Assembly: GCA_018985225.1 (NCBI GenBank)
Contig: JADGIF010000063.1
Coordinates: 1 to 23,997 of the forward strand
DNA length: 23,997 nucleotides
Source: Amoeboradix gromovi X-113
Lineage: Eukaryota > Fungi > Sanchytriomycota
Direction of reading: 5' to 3'
Shown: positions 1-9,336 of the stretch, piece by piece
Layout: each line of letters opens with the position of its first letter
Position numbering within the stretch: position 1 is the stretch's first letter
Made by a program: the position numbers and the translations under genes
The notes under the pieces: model-generated
What the model saw: only the letters and a program-made list of their open reading frames with translations
What the model was told of the DNA's origin: nothing
The model's database searches: none

Positions 1-169
1 AATAAGCTGTGGCCTAAAGAACAGGCGATAGGATGTACACTTGAGTTTGACTAGGACACCGTTTTGAACGTTTTTGTAGAGTATGCTTGATGATATGACG
101 TTAATCTTTTTCAGATGAAGCCTGAGAGAATCTGAAAAGAAGTTAAAAGAGATATTGAGTGAATATTAT

Positions 170-1027
170 TTATTGCAAATGCTCATTGCTATTGATTTTT
201 AAAGCTATAAACACATAAATGGTATCTTGAAAGCCATAAACAGAGGCCCAGTAGTGTCGCTTGTAAAAGAAGCAATGGGAGTGAACCACACTATCATTCA
301 AAGGCAAAGATGGTGAATTAGGATCTATGAGACTCTCTCTCGATACAAGGTTGTACATCTTTTGGTGCAAAAAATACAGCTCAGGCGAATTAGGTTCTAA
401 ATCATTGTAAAGAGACTTCAATATGTCCTTGAAAGGTTCAATCTGCACTAAAAAGGTTGGTACGTCCCACTTTGAGGCGGGTAACTTGAATTCCTCAACT
501 TGAAATTCATTAATACAGGTGTTAGAGTGCAAGATTAGAGGCATGTAGTACAATGTGCTGTGCAACAGTTGGGAGATTAATATACGAAGCAATCTACCAT
601 GTGCAATGACAGCAACTTTTTTGCAGTGGGTGGAATCCTTTAGTATTCTAAACAAGCCAGCGATAGATCTGTTTCTCACCTGGTTAGGGGACTCTCCGCC
701 CTCTGATTTGCAGTCGAAGTTACCATTCTGCCATTCTGATAGTATACTTGTAAGATTAGGGCTTTTACGATTTTCATAAATACCCCAGTGAATCTCATTT
801 AGTTCTTTGTATATGTTCATATGCATATTAAGAGCTAGTGCGGTTTCTTTAGTTCTTTTTAATCCTGTTACCGCTAGATATTCGACACCTTGAAGAGCAT
901 TGCATAGCAATTCTGCTTGTTTTCTACCAGTATCATTTAAAGATGCATCTACTCCTTGTCCTTGCAGAATCTTATTTTTATTTAATTCTGTCTCACCGTG
1001 TCGGCATAAATAAAGTGTTCGGCCCAT
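170..1027 (-). CDS. Histidine phosphatase / phosphoglycerate mutase-family protein
   Basis: 285 aa ORF with N-terminal LYLCRHGET (RHG motif), LNDTGRKQA, LNEIHWG, GGES and VIAHG motifs typical of histidine phosphatase clade 1; C-terminal ~100 aa not recognised. Confidence 0.85.
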   Translation of the reverse strand: MGRTLYLCRHGETELNKNKILQGQGVDASLNDTGRKQAELLCNALQGVEYLAVTGLKRTKETALALNMHMNIYKELNEIHWGIYENRKSPNLTSILSEWQNGNFDCKSEGGESPNQVRNRSIAGLFRILKDSTHCKKVAVIAHGRLLRILISQLLHSTLYYMPLILHSNTCINEFQVEEFKLPASKWDVPTFLVQIEPFKDILKSLYNDLEPNSPELYFLHQKMYNLVSRESLIDPNSPSLPLNDSVVHSHCFFYKRHYWASVYGFQDTIYVFIALKINSNEHLQ

Positions 1028-1464
1028 ATTTTGTTTTGAAAAACAATTGAAATAAAATCTTTATCCCGCTCTGAGCATTGATCTTAGTAAAGACCCAGAC
1101 AATCAAAAGCTTTGCAGTCAGCCCATATTTGTTAAGGGTATTGAACATTACTCGTAACGCCAAGTTTTTGCAAATCTGGAAGCAGTTTTAATAAAAATCT
1201 TGATTATTATCTATTTACTGTTTTATGAAAATAAAAGCAGTCATTGCATCCACTCAAATCCAAAAAAGTTTTAAACTTATTAACAAAATCTTCAAATCAT
1301 TGAATGTCTACTAAAAATGGTGAAAAACCAAGTTTGCGTGGAAAAGATGAAGGCAAATTATTTCTACTAGCTTATGATCAATTGAAAATGGTATTTTTTC
1401 TATATAAATTAGATACTCTAGTTTTTAAAGTGGATCTCTCAAAAATGATTGTAAAACAAACGGA

Positions 1465-1752
1465 ATGTCGTTACTGAGATCTTTCAGGGTCTCTAAGATA
1501 ATGCGAGCAAGCCATGGCCCTCAAAACTTTGAGGAACCCTACGGATTTTTGTTTAATCAAGTTGGCAAAGCAGAGAGAGAATGGTGGGAGATACCATTTT
1601 ACGTATTTATGGGATCCATCGTTGCATTTGGAGTAGCTTGGAATTTAAAACCGGATACATCTCTGCAAAGTTGGGCGAAAATAAAAGCGCAGGAAAGACT
1701 GGTTCAAGGCAAGTTCATCTCTGGTGAAGAATTGAAAAGAATTGGAGAATAA
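1465..1752 (+). CDS. NDUFB11: NADH:ubiquinone oxidoreductase ESSS subunit (complex I, NDUFB11-like)
   Basis: 95 aa; Arg/Ser-rich mitochondrial-presequence-like N-terminus, EPYGFLF..REWWE, one TM helix, then KPDTSLQSWAK.KA.ERL, matching the fungal ESSS pattern. Confidence 0.8.
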   Translation: MSLLRSFRVSKIMRASHGPQNFEEPYGFLFNQVGKAEREWWEIPFYVFMGSIVAFGVAWNLKPDTSLQSWAKIKAQERLVQGKFISGEELKRIGE

Positions 1753-1770
1753 ATTGTTTATTCTATGTAG

Positions 1771-2007
1771 CTATTCTGTGTTGCTTCGTTTTGAAATGTA
1801 CTGTATGTTATTACATCTTATAAATGCGTGTCCAATAGGACCAATTTCTTTTTTACTTGAAAACTCTACCGCATCTACTAATTCTATATTAAAATAGGAG
1901 TCGAATGATTTTAATATTCCCTGATAATACAAATTCCATTTTAGTTGCACCTTGATCTGCTTATCTATGCAATTCGTTAAGAATGGTCGAGGATTGAGAA
2001 TGTCCAT
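1771..2007 (-). CDS. SNRPF: Small nuclear ribonucleoprotein F (Sm-F)
   Basis: 78 aa Sm fold: NPRPFL, VQLKW..YQGILKSFDSYFNIEL (Sm1) and IRCNNIQYI (Sm2), characteristic of SmF/Smx3. Confidence 0.88.
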   Translation of the reverse strand: MDILNPRPFLTNCIDKQIKVQLKWNLYYQGILKSFDSYFNIELVDAVEFSSKKEIGPIGHAFIRCNNIQYISKRSNTE

Positions 2008-2391
2008 TCTCCAGGTTTAGCAATCAAGAAAGCAAAACAAATGGGACATCATATTCATATCATTTAGAATGATTTATGATCATATAAATTAGTGGGTGTA
2101 CCACATACGATTAAATTGGCTCATAAGACAATATTTTCTAAATCCAAAATGGTGTTAACAACGGCAATTCATTAAATTATGTCAGGCGAGTACCCATGGC
2201 TATTAGCTTGGAAATTTGAGTACTTGGTGACGTTTTGCAGCCTATTAGTAGAATTCTTTGCTATGTAAGTGACTTTTTGAAGGAGAAATTTAGAATTGCT
2301 GGTTCAGTCGTGTATTGAGATGTTGCAGATTCTGGATAAAACTTTACTAATCCTTGGTTTTGGAAAGAGTAGATTCTATAAACATGTTTAT

Positions 2392-3543
2392 TTAACTTAA
2401 TACGAAGTGTAGAGTTTGATATAAAAACTTGAAATAATCTTGGAAAACCAAGTGTGGAAAATATTGCAAGAGTGAGATGCTAAATGCATACACTGCCGAG
2501 GCAGTTATCCACCTCTTTTTCTTATTTTCTGGCAAGGTTAACTTAATCGTGGCATCTTTGACATCTATCATTCTATAGCATGTCGTATTTGCAAAGCCAA
2601 AAACTTTAATTTTTACTTCTGGATCCCATTTTGAAGTATATCCCAAAGATTTTAAGACTGGCAATACACTTCTAACTCCCCTGTACTTGTCTGTAACCAC
2701 AGTTTCGGGATTCATCAATGGCAAAATATTAGACCCTTTATATTCTATAGAATGGGAGATAAGATTACCATTAATACTAGAAACATCGTTAGCTGTGTAA
2801 ACATAAAACTTAATTAAATCTCTACTTTCGAAAATACAAGACCCCGGGGCAGATAGATATTGTTCAATTTTTCTTTGAGAAAAAGAGTCTATGAACGTCA
2901 AAGACAATTTTTTCAACGCATCTGGATACACATTATCACTGTATTTGGCACAAACATTGTAATCTCTAATCAATTCAGATAACTGATTACCGTCACATGT
3001 GATAAAGTGGTCAAAAATTGTGGGTTGCGAAAAAATAAGAGATTTGTCTTTGGAAGGACTGCCATCATATATTAAATCAGGCGAGATTCCATTTTCTGTA
3101 ACTATACTACTAATAAAGCCTAATCCGTGCATCAGTTCATGTGCAATTACAAATTTAAAATCTTTATCACCACTTTCAAAGTTCCACCTTCCAATTCTGT
3201 CAACTATTTCAATGTATACATCGCTATCTGTGTCTTTAAGAGGAATATATTGTTTAGTCAAAGATCTAGGGAATAAATACATTCCTAAGCTTGTGTCCAG
3301 TAATATCATCTTAGAAGGTTTTGAAAAGCCTAGAACTTTAGAGTCGCTAGCCTCGATCATATCCAATGAGGTCATTTTAAAATCGATTCTAATCTTTGAA
3401 CTCACAACTATTGTCTCGGCGTAGTCGTCCAGTACTTGCTGTATCCTACTTAAAAACAGGTCACATCTGTTTATGCAGTTGAAGTACAGTTGGAAAACAG
3501 AGTTTTCAAATGATATGGCAAAAATCGCAACTACTGCAATCAT
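2392..3543 (-). CDS. Putative secreted/membrane-anchored zinc metalloprotease (HExxH)
   Basis: DFKFVIAHELMHGLGF zincin motif, hydrophobic N-terminus after the ATG at 3543 (the ORF track starts at a TTG at 3573) and a hydrophobic C-terminal segment. Confidence 0.65.
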   Translation of the reverse strand: MIAVVAIFAISFENSVFQLYFNCINRCDLFLSRIQQVLDDYAETIVVSSKIRIDFKMTSLDMIEASDSKVLGFSKPSKMILLDTSLGMYLFPRSLTKQYIPLKDTDSDVYIEIVDRIGRWNFESGDKDFKFVIAHELMHGLGFISSIVTENGISPDLIYDGSPSKDKSLIFSQPTIFDHFITCDGNQLSELIRDYNVCAKYSDNVYPDALKKLSLTFIDSFSQRKIEQYLSAPGSCIFESRDLIKFYVYTANDVSSINGNLISHSIEYKGSNILPLMNPETVVTDKYRGVRSVLPVLKSLGYTSKWDPEVKIKVFGFANTTCYRMIDVKDATIKLTLPENKKKRWITASAVYAFSISLLQYFPHLVFQDYFKFLYQTLHFVLS

Positions 3544-3749
3544 GGGGTAATTTGGGACAACTCTAGACTTCAATTCATTAAATCATTTATCCCGGTTACA
3601 TTACTCTTGTTGCAACAATAGTTTTTTTCTAAGACACTTCCAATCGGATAAAATTCGATATTCTTTTTTTTCATCTGTTGAGGTTGGTCCAAGTCTCAAG
3701 ATCCTGAATATCTCGATTTTAAAGAAATAGCTAAAAATGCAGAAACACT

Positions 3750-4055
3750 CTTCTACGGTCATAATATGGTCTAAAGATAGAGATACTGATCAAAGGGAAA
3801 GACATTGGCGGAATGTGATGAAGCAATTACTGCTCAAACGTGTACAACGGTGGAACTATAAAGAGACGCAACTTGGAGAAGTATTACTGCACAAACTGTC
3901 TTCAACTAGCAGATAGAGACAATATGGCATCAAGAAAATTGTACTTGAAGTCTACCTTCCATATGCAATACAACCTCATTTCATTGGAAGCGTGAGCAAC
4001 CAATGTAATGGAGCTACTGGAATTGTTAATATGTCCTAAACCGGGACTTGGCGAG
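3750..4055 (+). pseudogene. Degraded Fanzor2/IS607-TnpB 3' remnant with omegaRNA-like end (copy A)
   Basis: Manual translation with one frameshift: KGKTLAECDEAITAQTCT/GGTIKRRNLEKYYCTNCLQLADRDNMASRKLYLKS, collinear with copy B. Followed by the CATTGG-aagcGTGAgcaa-CCAATG stem (3982-4005) and the end motif aaaccgggacttggcgag (to 4055). Confidence 0.8.
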
Positions 4056-4578
4056 ATTGCGGGAAAAAATAAGGCTTTACTCGAGACTATCTCATAGCAA
4101 GAGCCCATTTAGGCGTCTGATACCGGCTAGTCATATAAACTCGTTGAATAAGGTTACCTTGGCTCTAGCCATTGCAGGAGCCAAATTCAAATTTCATTAT
4201 AATACTATAAGAATTCTAGTCTTGAGCGAAGTCAACAATATCTTGAGCTCTATGCGGTAACAGGCAAACTTTTTAAAAATCAAACACAGATGTCTAAAAA
4301 TTTGCGCCAGCAAGACACAACAACTTTAAAAGATGGGGTTACATGAATTTTACTATAGGCTCGAAATTTTGGCTGTCTTACAAAACGGTACTTGCTCTAC
4401 TAAAACTTGACAAACATTTTAAATTATGTCCCAAAAAGTAAATATAGTCAAATAGAAATATCCCATACTTATGACCTATGCTCTAGACTGTAAGCTATTA
4501 CCACTATTTTTCTTCTTTCTAGTAACCTATCTCAAGATTGTTGAGTAGTTTCTATCAATCGAAGGTTGTTCTAACATG

Positions 4579-5038
4579 TGAGACATCAAATATAAAAACT
4601 GTACAACTTTCTGTAACAACTTGAGCATTATTTAAGAGGCGAGTGGATATTCAGCTAGTTGCGGAGTTGACGAGTATAAAAGGAAAATAAATATTCTGTA
4701 CAGCTATTCTCTTACTCTTTCATCCAATCTTTATTACAAATAAAATATCACTATTACCCTGTAAAAACTAGAATAGATAAGAGTAATGATGTTAGTATAA
4801 CATTACCAAATGGCTCTAGAAAAGAGTACCGTCTAAGAAAATGCACCTTTTGCTTACATGCTCAAAGACCTCATATATTGGAACGAGGTGCAAGGTCTTC
4901 TAGTTTTATTTTGAAAAGAGGAATACAATCAATGAAAGAATCTTTGTATAACAGAAGATCTTTTATTAATGACAGCATTTCCTCCGTATGGTGCACCTTT
5001 AAAAACGAGTTAGTCTAGTTTTTATATTTGGTGTCCCA
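4579..5038. mobile_element. Non-autonomous TIR DNA transposon (MITE), copy 1
   Basis: 26-bp imperfect TIRs: 4579-4604 tgagacatcaaatataaaaactgtac and 5013-5038 gtctagtttttatatttggtgtccca (22/26 complementary). The interior ~4810-5038 aligns in reverse orientation with 21707-21940. Confidence 0.8.
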
Positions 5039-5048
5039 TATATCGTTG

Positions 5049-5095
5049 TTCAATCCCGCCTCAAGCTGTTAAAAGCATGAGTAGCCACTTTAATG
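5049..5095 (+). repeat. Partial degraded copy of the Fanzor omegaRNA 5' scaffold (copy A2)
   Basis: ttcaatcccgcctcaagctgttaaaagcatgagtagccact aligns with 5654-5694 ttcaatcccgcctcagggtagtgaaagcgtgagcaatcact (first 15 nt identical). Confidence 0.65.
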
Positions 5096-5204
5096 AATCG
5101 ACTATCTTTTTTAGTTGCTCAGTCAAAATTCTTGATTTGCTAGAAAAGCAGCTCGATTGTTTTCTTGAATAAATCATTATTGCGAATTTGTATATATTTT
5201 TGTA

Positions 5205-5766
5205 TCATTTCAAGACTTTTCCAGATTATTCTAATAGCTTAAATACTCGATATTCTTCCTTTTCGCAAATGGTAAATGGAACAAATAGATGTAATCCTGA
5301 ACATGTCAAATCTAAAGAAATAATTAGCAGGTACAGCATACAAAGACAAATGATCTTATATACTTACCCTCGTTCAATACGAGCCAGATGCTAAGTAGCT
5401 TGTCGAGAAAGGTCGCAAGATATATGGCTACGATGTCCCATTACGCATTCAAGGAACGCTTGAAGTTCAAGTGTAAGCAAAGAGGAAAGACGATGGCCGA
5501 ATGCAATGAATCATTTACTAGTCAGACATGTACAAGGTGTGGTACTCTAAAGAAAACCAATTTGGAAACTTACACCTGTACAAAGTGTCATTTGAAGATA
5601 GATAGAGACCATATGGCTGCAAGGAACATATACATCAAGTATATGCATCCTTATTCAATCCCGCCTCAGGGTAGTGAAAGCGTGAGCAATCACTGTAACG
5701 GAGAAACTTGCATTAGTTTCTCTGTGGAAATTCTCGATTTTCTCGGAAATCAGGACTTTTAACGAG
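5205..5766 (+). mobile_element. Internally deleted IS607-like Fanzor2 element (copy B, best preserved)
   Basis: Homologous to 22360-22904 in both its upstream segment (agacttttcc..tcgcaaa..tgaacatgtcaaatctaa) and its Fanzor C-terminus plus structured 3' end. Confidence 0.75.
5328..5762 (+). pseudogene. Fanzor2 (eukaryotic TnpB) C-terminal fragment: RuvC-II, Zn finger, RuvC-III
   Basis: In-frame from 5328: ..KTNDLIYLPSFNTSQMLSSLSRKVARYMATMSHYAFKERLKFKCKQRGKTMAECNESFTSQTCTRCG..YTCTKCHLKIDRDHMAARNI. Shows CxxC-CxxC, DRD..AARNI, Pro at the canonical RuvC-II Glu and the alternative Glu in NESFTS. The N-terminal REC/WED/RuvC-I region is missing. Confidence 0.88.
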
Positions 5767-5790
5767 GAGGTGTAGCAAACTATGGGATGT
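5620..5790 (+). ncRNA. Putative Fanzor omegaRNA scaffold plus guide (copy B)
   Basis: Three predicted hairpins: agtga/tcact with an internal GTGA (GNRA) loop (5673-5694); acggagaaact/agtttctctgt (5698-5725); gattt-tctcgg-aaatc (5736-5751). Conserved across copies and located at the 3' end of a TnpB-family ORF. Boundaries are approximate. Confidence 0.7.
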
Positions 5791-6477
5791 TACAGATTTG
5801 GAACTACCAAAATAGCATCTTTCCACTAAGCGTATATCGGTTTCTTGTTCAAAATACCACGGCAGTCCATGCTTTTGTTCTTGCCTTTGCCATAAGCAAA
5901 GTAAATGGCTTTTTATCACATTTTGTATTCCCAGCCAACATATCTCCTAATGTTCTTTGCATCAAATCCGCTGATTTTCGCTCAAATCTGAGGCCCTTTC
6001 TTTAATTCCCTTGTGCCATGTCCAGATCTTAGCAATGGCAACTGTACATTCTGAATATGATAATTAATGTTGCATAACAGTTTAGGAACAGACTGGTCGC
6101 TATTACAGCCGAGGAGAACATTAGAACTATTTTGCTTACTTAAGAGCCTACTCTAGTCGTGTTTTCTAGTGTTAATGATGATTTTAGTACTATACTGGTC
6201 TAAAATTTGTATCTAAAATTTTTGGGTACTTCTTTGGCAAATTTTTTGGGTAGTGATAAAATAACTTTTACTTTTAGTCGTTCTTACTCTCTCCTGTCAA
6301 GTTTTCACATAACCACCAAGATGTCACTTGACTCTCATAAATTAATCAAAGCTATGAATTCTCCTAATTATCAATGGAATGCCACCTATAATATGGATTG
6401 GATGTTGGTAAATCTATTAGAAACTGCTCACTCAAAATTAGTTTATAGAAGCTGAAACACCGATATATACTAAGCAG

Positions 6478-7110
6478 ATGTTTTTTCGTAAAGGCTCCAA
6501 AGTTACGCGTCCCAAAAATTCACAGGACTCCAAAGAATTCCTGTTAGAGCCTCAAATTGGGCAATTTGTTGTTGAAGGCTCTTTCAAACTAGTTGTAAAA
6601 TGCCCTGAATATTTAGACCACGAGGAATGGATTGTTTCCCATATTTTTGATTTTTACTCACACACCATGCTGTTTAATGATGTAGTAAGTGATTTGTGTA
6701 CCACGAAGGAATGTCCTACTTTTACCGCTGGAGATGATGAGTTCTTCTGGCTTGATCTTCAAAAGAAACCCATAAAAGCTAGTGCTCCAGAACATATCCA
6801 GTTAGCTTCTGCTTGGATTCAAAAACAATTTGACGATGAATCCATATTTCCCACTAAATATGGTACTCCGTTTTCCAAAGACACAATTCCAAACTCAAAG
6901 ATCCTCGTGAAATACATTCTTCGTATTTTGATGCATATTTATTATAATCATTATTCCCGAATTTTATCCCATAATTCTGAGGCCCATTTAAATTCTCTGT
7001 TTGCCCATATAATTTGTTTCGGGCTTGAGTATGATCTACTCGACTTAAAAGAAATCAACCCAATGAAGGAGTTTATTGATTACATAAAGGAGAATAAAAT
7101 AATAAATTGA
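6478..7110 (+). CDS. MOB kinase activator (Mob1/Mob2 family, Mob2-like)
   Basis: GSFKLVVKCPEYLDHEEWI, CT..ECPTFTAG, APEHI..WIQ..DESIFPTK, HIY..H, HLNSLFAH motifs of the Mob1/phocein family. Confidence 0.9.
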   Translation: MFFRKGSKVTRPKNSQDSKEFLLEPQIGQFVVEGSFKLVVKCPEYLDHEEWIVSHIFDFYSHTMLFNDVVSDLCTTKECPTFTAGDDEFFWLDLQKKPIKASAPEHIQLASAWIQKQFDDESIFPTKYGTPFSKDTIPNSKILVKYILRILMHIYYNHYSRILSHNSEAHLNSLFAHIICFGLEYDLLDLKEINPMKEFIDYIKENKIIN

Positions 7111-7125
7111 GTCAAACTGTAAAAC

Positions 7126-9279
7126 TTATTTACTTGCTACACGAGGGCTCTTCTTTTTTGTGCTTCTTCTCTTTTTCTTTAGCTTATCAACTAGCTTTGA
7201 TTCAGCCACCTCCTCGTCTTCTGCCTCTTCCTCTTCATATTCCTCATCATCATTTAATTTGTCTTGCTTGAATTTTTTTGGCTTGGTCTGTATATTAGTA
7301 TCAAATGGCAGCGCTACTCGTACTGCGTTCATTGACTTTGTTGTGTTTGTTTTTACTTGTGTTGGAAGTTGCTTGTACTCCTTCATTCCGTCACCCAATC
7401 CTAGCGCTAATATCGAGTCGACATCCTCTTTAACCATATTTAAACTAACAATTAGCTCTACTGCTTTATCCACCTGCTTTGATTTAAACCAATTCATTAT
7501 CAAACTACTGAGACAGCTCAAGTACTGCAATCTAAAGGTAGTGCTAGTGGAGTGATGCTGTAAATGAGAATGCCAGCTCATTTCTTTTAATAGTCTGTAA
7601 GACTTATTAGTAGTACTCATTTTACCCAAAATTGAAGGAAAGTTAATTCTACCGTTAAATTGACTGTTTAGCCTACTTAATGGATAAACAAATGAAGAGA
7701 TGCCGTAGCTGGGCAATAATGCCCATTGCTGATTTGATCGCACAGTAGTTGTGATTAAATCTCCGAAACTGATCGAGTCTGCTACATCAGCTATGACTGA
7801 CAAGTCATCGTTAGTACTCAAATAGTTTTCATGCAACATTAATGGGGACAGTTCATAGTCCTTAAAGAATAGCTCTAATTGATCATTCATCGACAGCTGT
7901 TTGTATGACCTTTGAAACGCTTTCGCAACTATATCAAATATGCCCATTGTTATGTTTTTTTCGTTCACTGTAGCATTTCTTTTAGCATCCATGTATTCCA
8001 ATGTTGTTTGAGGGTTCAAAGCAAATGTGTTTAAAATATTCAGGATCTGTCGTATGTCTGAATGAGTTGTATTTGCAAGCATTTCAATAACATTTTCGGC
8101 TACTTTAATGCGTTCGATTGCACATATCTTTGCAATCCTTGCTTTAATTTGTTGCGGTGTAGGCCTGCGATATTTCAAATCCTCACAATAACTCAGCAAA
8201 GTCTTGACTTTTGGAGATTGTTTATCGTTACAAATGCAGATTACCGGTACTTTGGTGTTCTTGATAAATTGGATTAATTGTTGACTGCCACCTCTGTCAC
8301 CCGCCCCTAGCCCATCCACTTCATCCATTACTATGACTTTGTTTTTACTAGCTTTGCCGAAATAAGAATTGATAGTGCCAGACTGAAAAGACTCGCTTAG
8401 TATGCGCTGCATCATAGTCTTAGAACGAACGTCACTTGCATTAAACTCTAAAATATCAAAGTCGCAATGTTTAGCAGCAACATAAGCCATACTAGTTTTG
8501 CCAATACCAGGTGGACCCGCAAGCATAACGGCTCTTTTGTAATCTTTGGATTTGTTGTTAGGATTAAAGGTCGTTAAGAAATTACACAAAGCACTGAACA
8601 CTTTAGTATTTCCAGCAATATCCGAGGATTTCGTAGGACGATACTTTTCAACAAATATTGTGGGTTTGATAGCAGTTGCAGGAACAAGAGATTGATGACC
8701 GGCAGTAGTAAGACTACTAGTTAATTTGGGTTTTTCATCAGCAGTCACTGAGCGGACTGCTTTAGGAGGTCTCTCGTCGATAATCGTAATTCCTTCCTCA
8801 ACGTCATTCTTAATTTCTGCATGAGTGGGAGATTCAAAATCAGAATTACTTTTTTTGCGTTTGTTTGGAGTTTGGGAGACGCTGGATCGTTTTTTAGGAA
8901 TAGATTTCTCCACTTTAGCTGGAGGATTTGCAATACGGTCCTTTATTAATGTAATAAATTCTTCTTCAGATATCATTGGAATGTTCTTTTCCTTACATTT
9001 TGCAATTTTACTGGGACCGGCATCAATCGCGCCACAAACCATATAACTAGTCTTACCAGAAGGAGAAGTAGTAGCTTTGCCAGACATACTTTTTACAAGG
9101 TCTTGAACTTGCTCTCGACCGAAGTTCTCCAAGTCACCAGTAAACACAAAAGTGAGTCCTTCTAAACAGGTTGGATGATAGCCTATATTTAATTCGTCAA
9201 GACCGCCTTTAACAACTTTTTGCTTAGCTTTCCTGGAGTGAAAGTTCTGAACAACTGGTTTGCGACTAAATGCTTCCAT
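7126..9279 (-). CDS. RFC1: Replication factor C subunit 1
   Basis: BRCT domain (CLEGLTFVFTG..SPSGKTSY), EKYRP, Walker A GPPGIGKT, EFNASDVRSK, Walker B MDEVDG, GDRGG, RFC1 C-terminal domain and acidic/basic tail. Confidence 0.96.
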   Translation of the reverse strand: MEAFSRKPVVQNFHSRKAKQKVVKGGLDELNIGYHPTCLEGLTFVFTGDLENFGREQVQDLVKSMSGKATTSPSGKTSYMVCGAIDAGPSKIAKCKEKNIPMISEEEFITLIKDRIANPPAKVEKSIPKKRSSVSQTPNKRKKSNSDFESPTHAEIKNDVEEGITIIDERPPKAVRSVTADEKPKLTSSLTTAGHQSLVPATAIKPTIFVEKYRPTKSSDIAGNTKVFSALCNFLTTFNPNNKSKDYKRAVMLAGPPGIGKTSMAYVAAKHCDFDILEFNASDVRSKTMMQRILSESFQSGTINSYFGKASKNKVIVMDEVDGLGAGDRGGSQQLIQFIKNTKVPVICICNDKQSPKVKTLLSYCEDLKYRRPTPQQIKARIAKICAIERIKVAENVIEMLANTTHSDIRQILNILNTFALNPQTTLEYMDAKRNATVNEKNITMGIFDIVAKAFQRSYKQLSMNDQLELFFKDYELSPLMLHENYLSTNDDLSVIADVADSISFGDLITTTVRSNQQWALLPSYGISSFVYPLSRLNSQFNGRINFPSILGKMSTTNKSYRLLKEMSWHSHLQHHSTSTTFRLQYLSCLSSLIMNWFKSKQVDKAVELIVSLNMVKEDVDSILALGLGDGMKEYKQLPTQVKTNTTKSMNAVRVALPFDTNIQTKPKKFKQDKLNDDEEYEEEEAEDEEVAESKLVDKLKKKRRSTKKKSPRVASK

Positions 9280-9336
9280 ATTTGTGTTGTGTCAAAAAAT
9301 TGCAAGGCATATCAAAACAATTTTATTTTTGTACAT

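Noticed and set aside
2041-2056. atgggacatcatat resembling the MITE TIR start
   Set aside because: Only ~10 bp match and no partner TIR found; may be chance or a solo remnant.
4056-4578. Coding-like but stop-riddled sequence here, and similarly at 5770-6100 and 22120-22310
   Set aside because: No identifiable family by eye; may be decayed genes or TEs, but this cannot be supported.
7207-7216. 10-bp match (cacctcctcg) in RFC1 to the reverse complement of the copy B end/guide junction
   Set aside because: Too short, lies in a low-complexity Glu-codon tract, and partly overlaps the scaffold end; not credible as a target.
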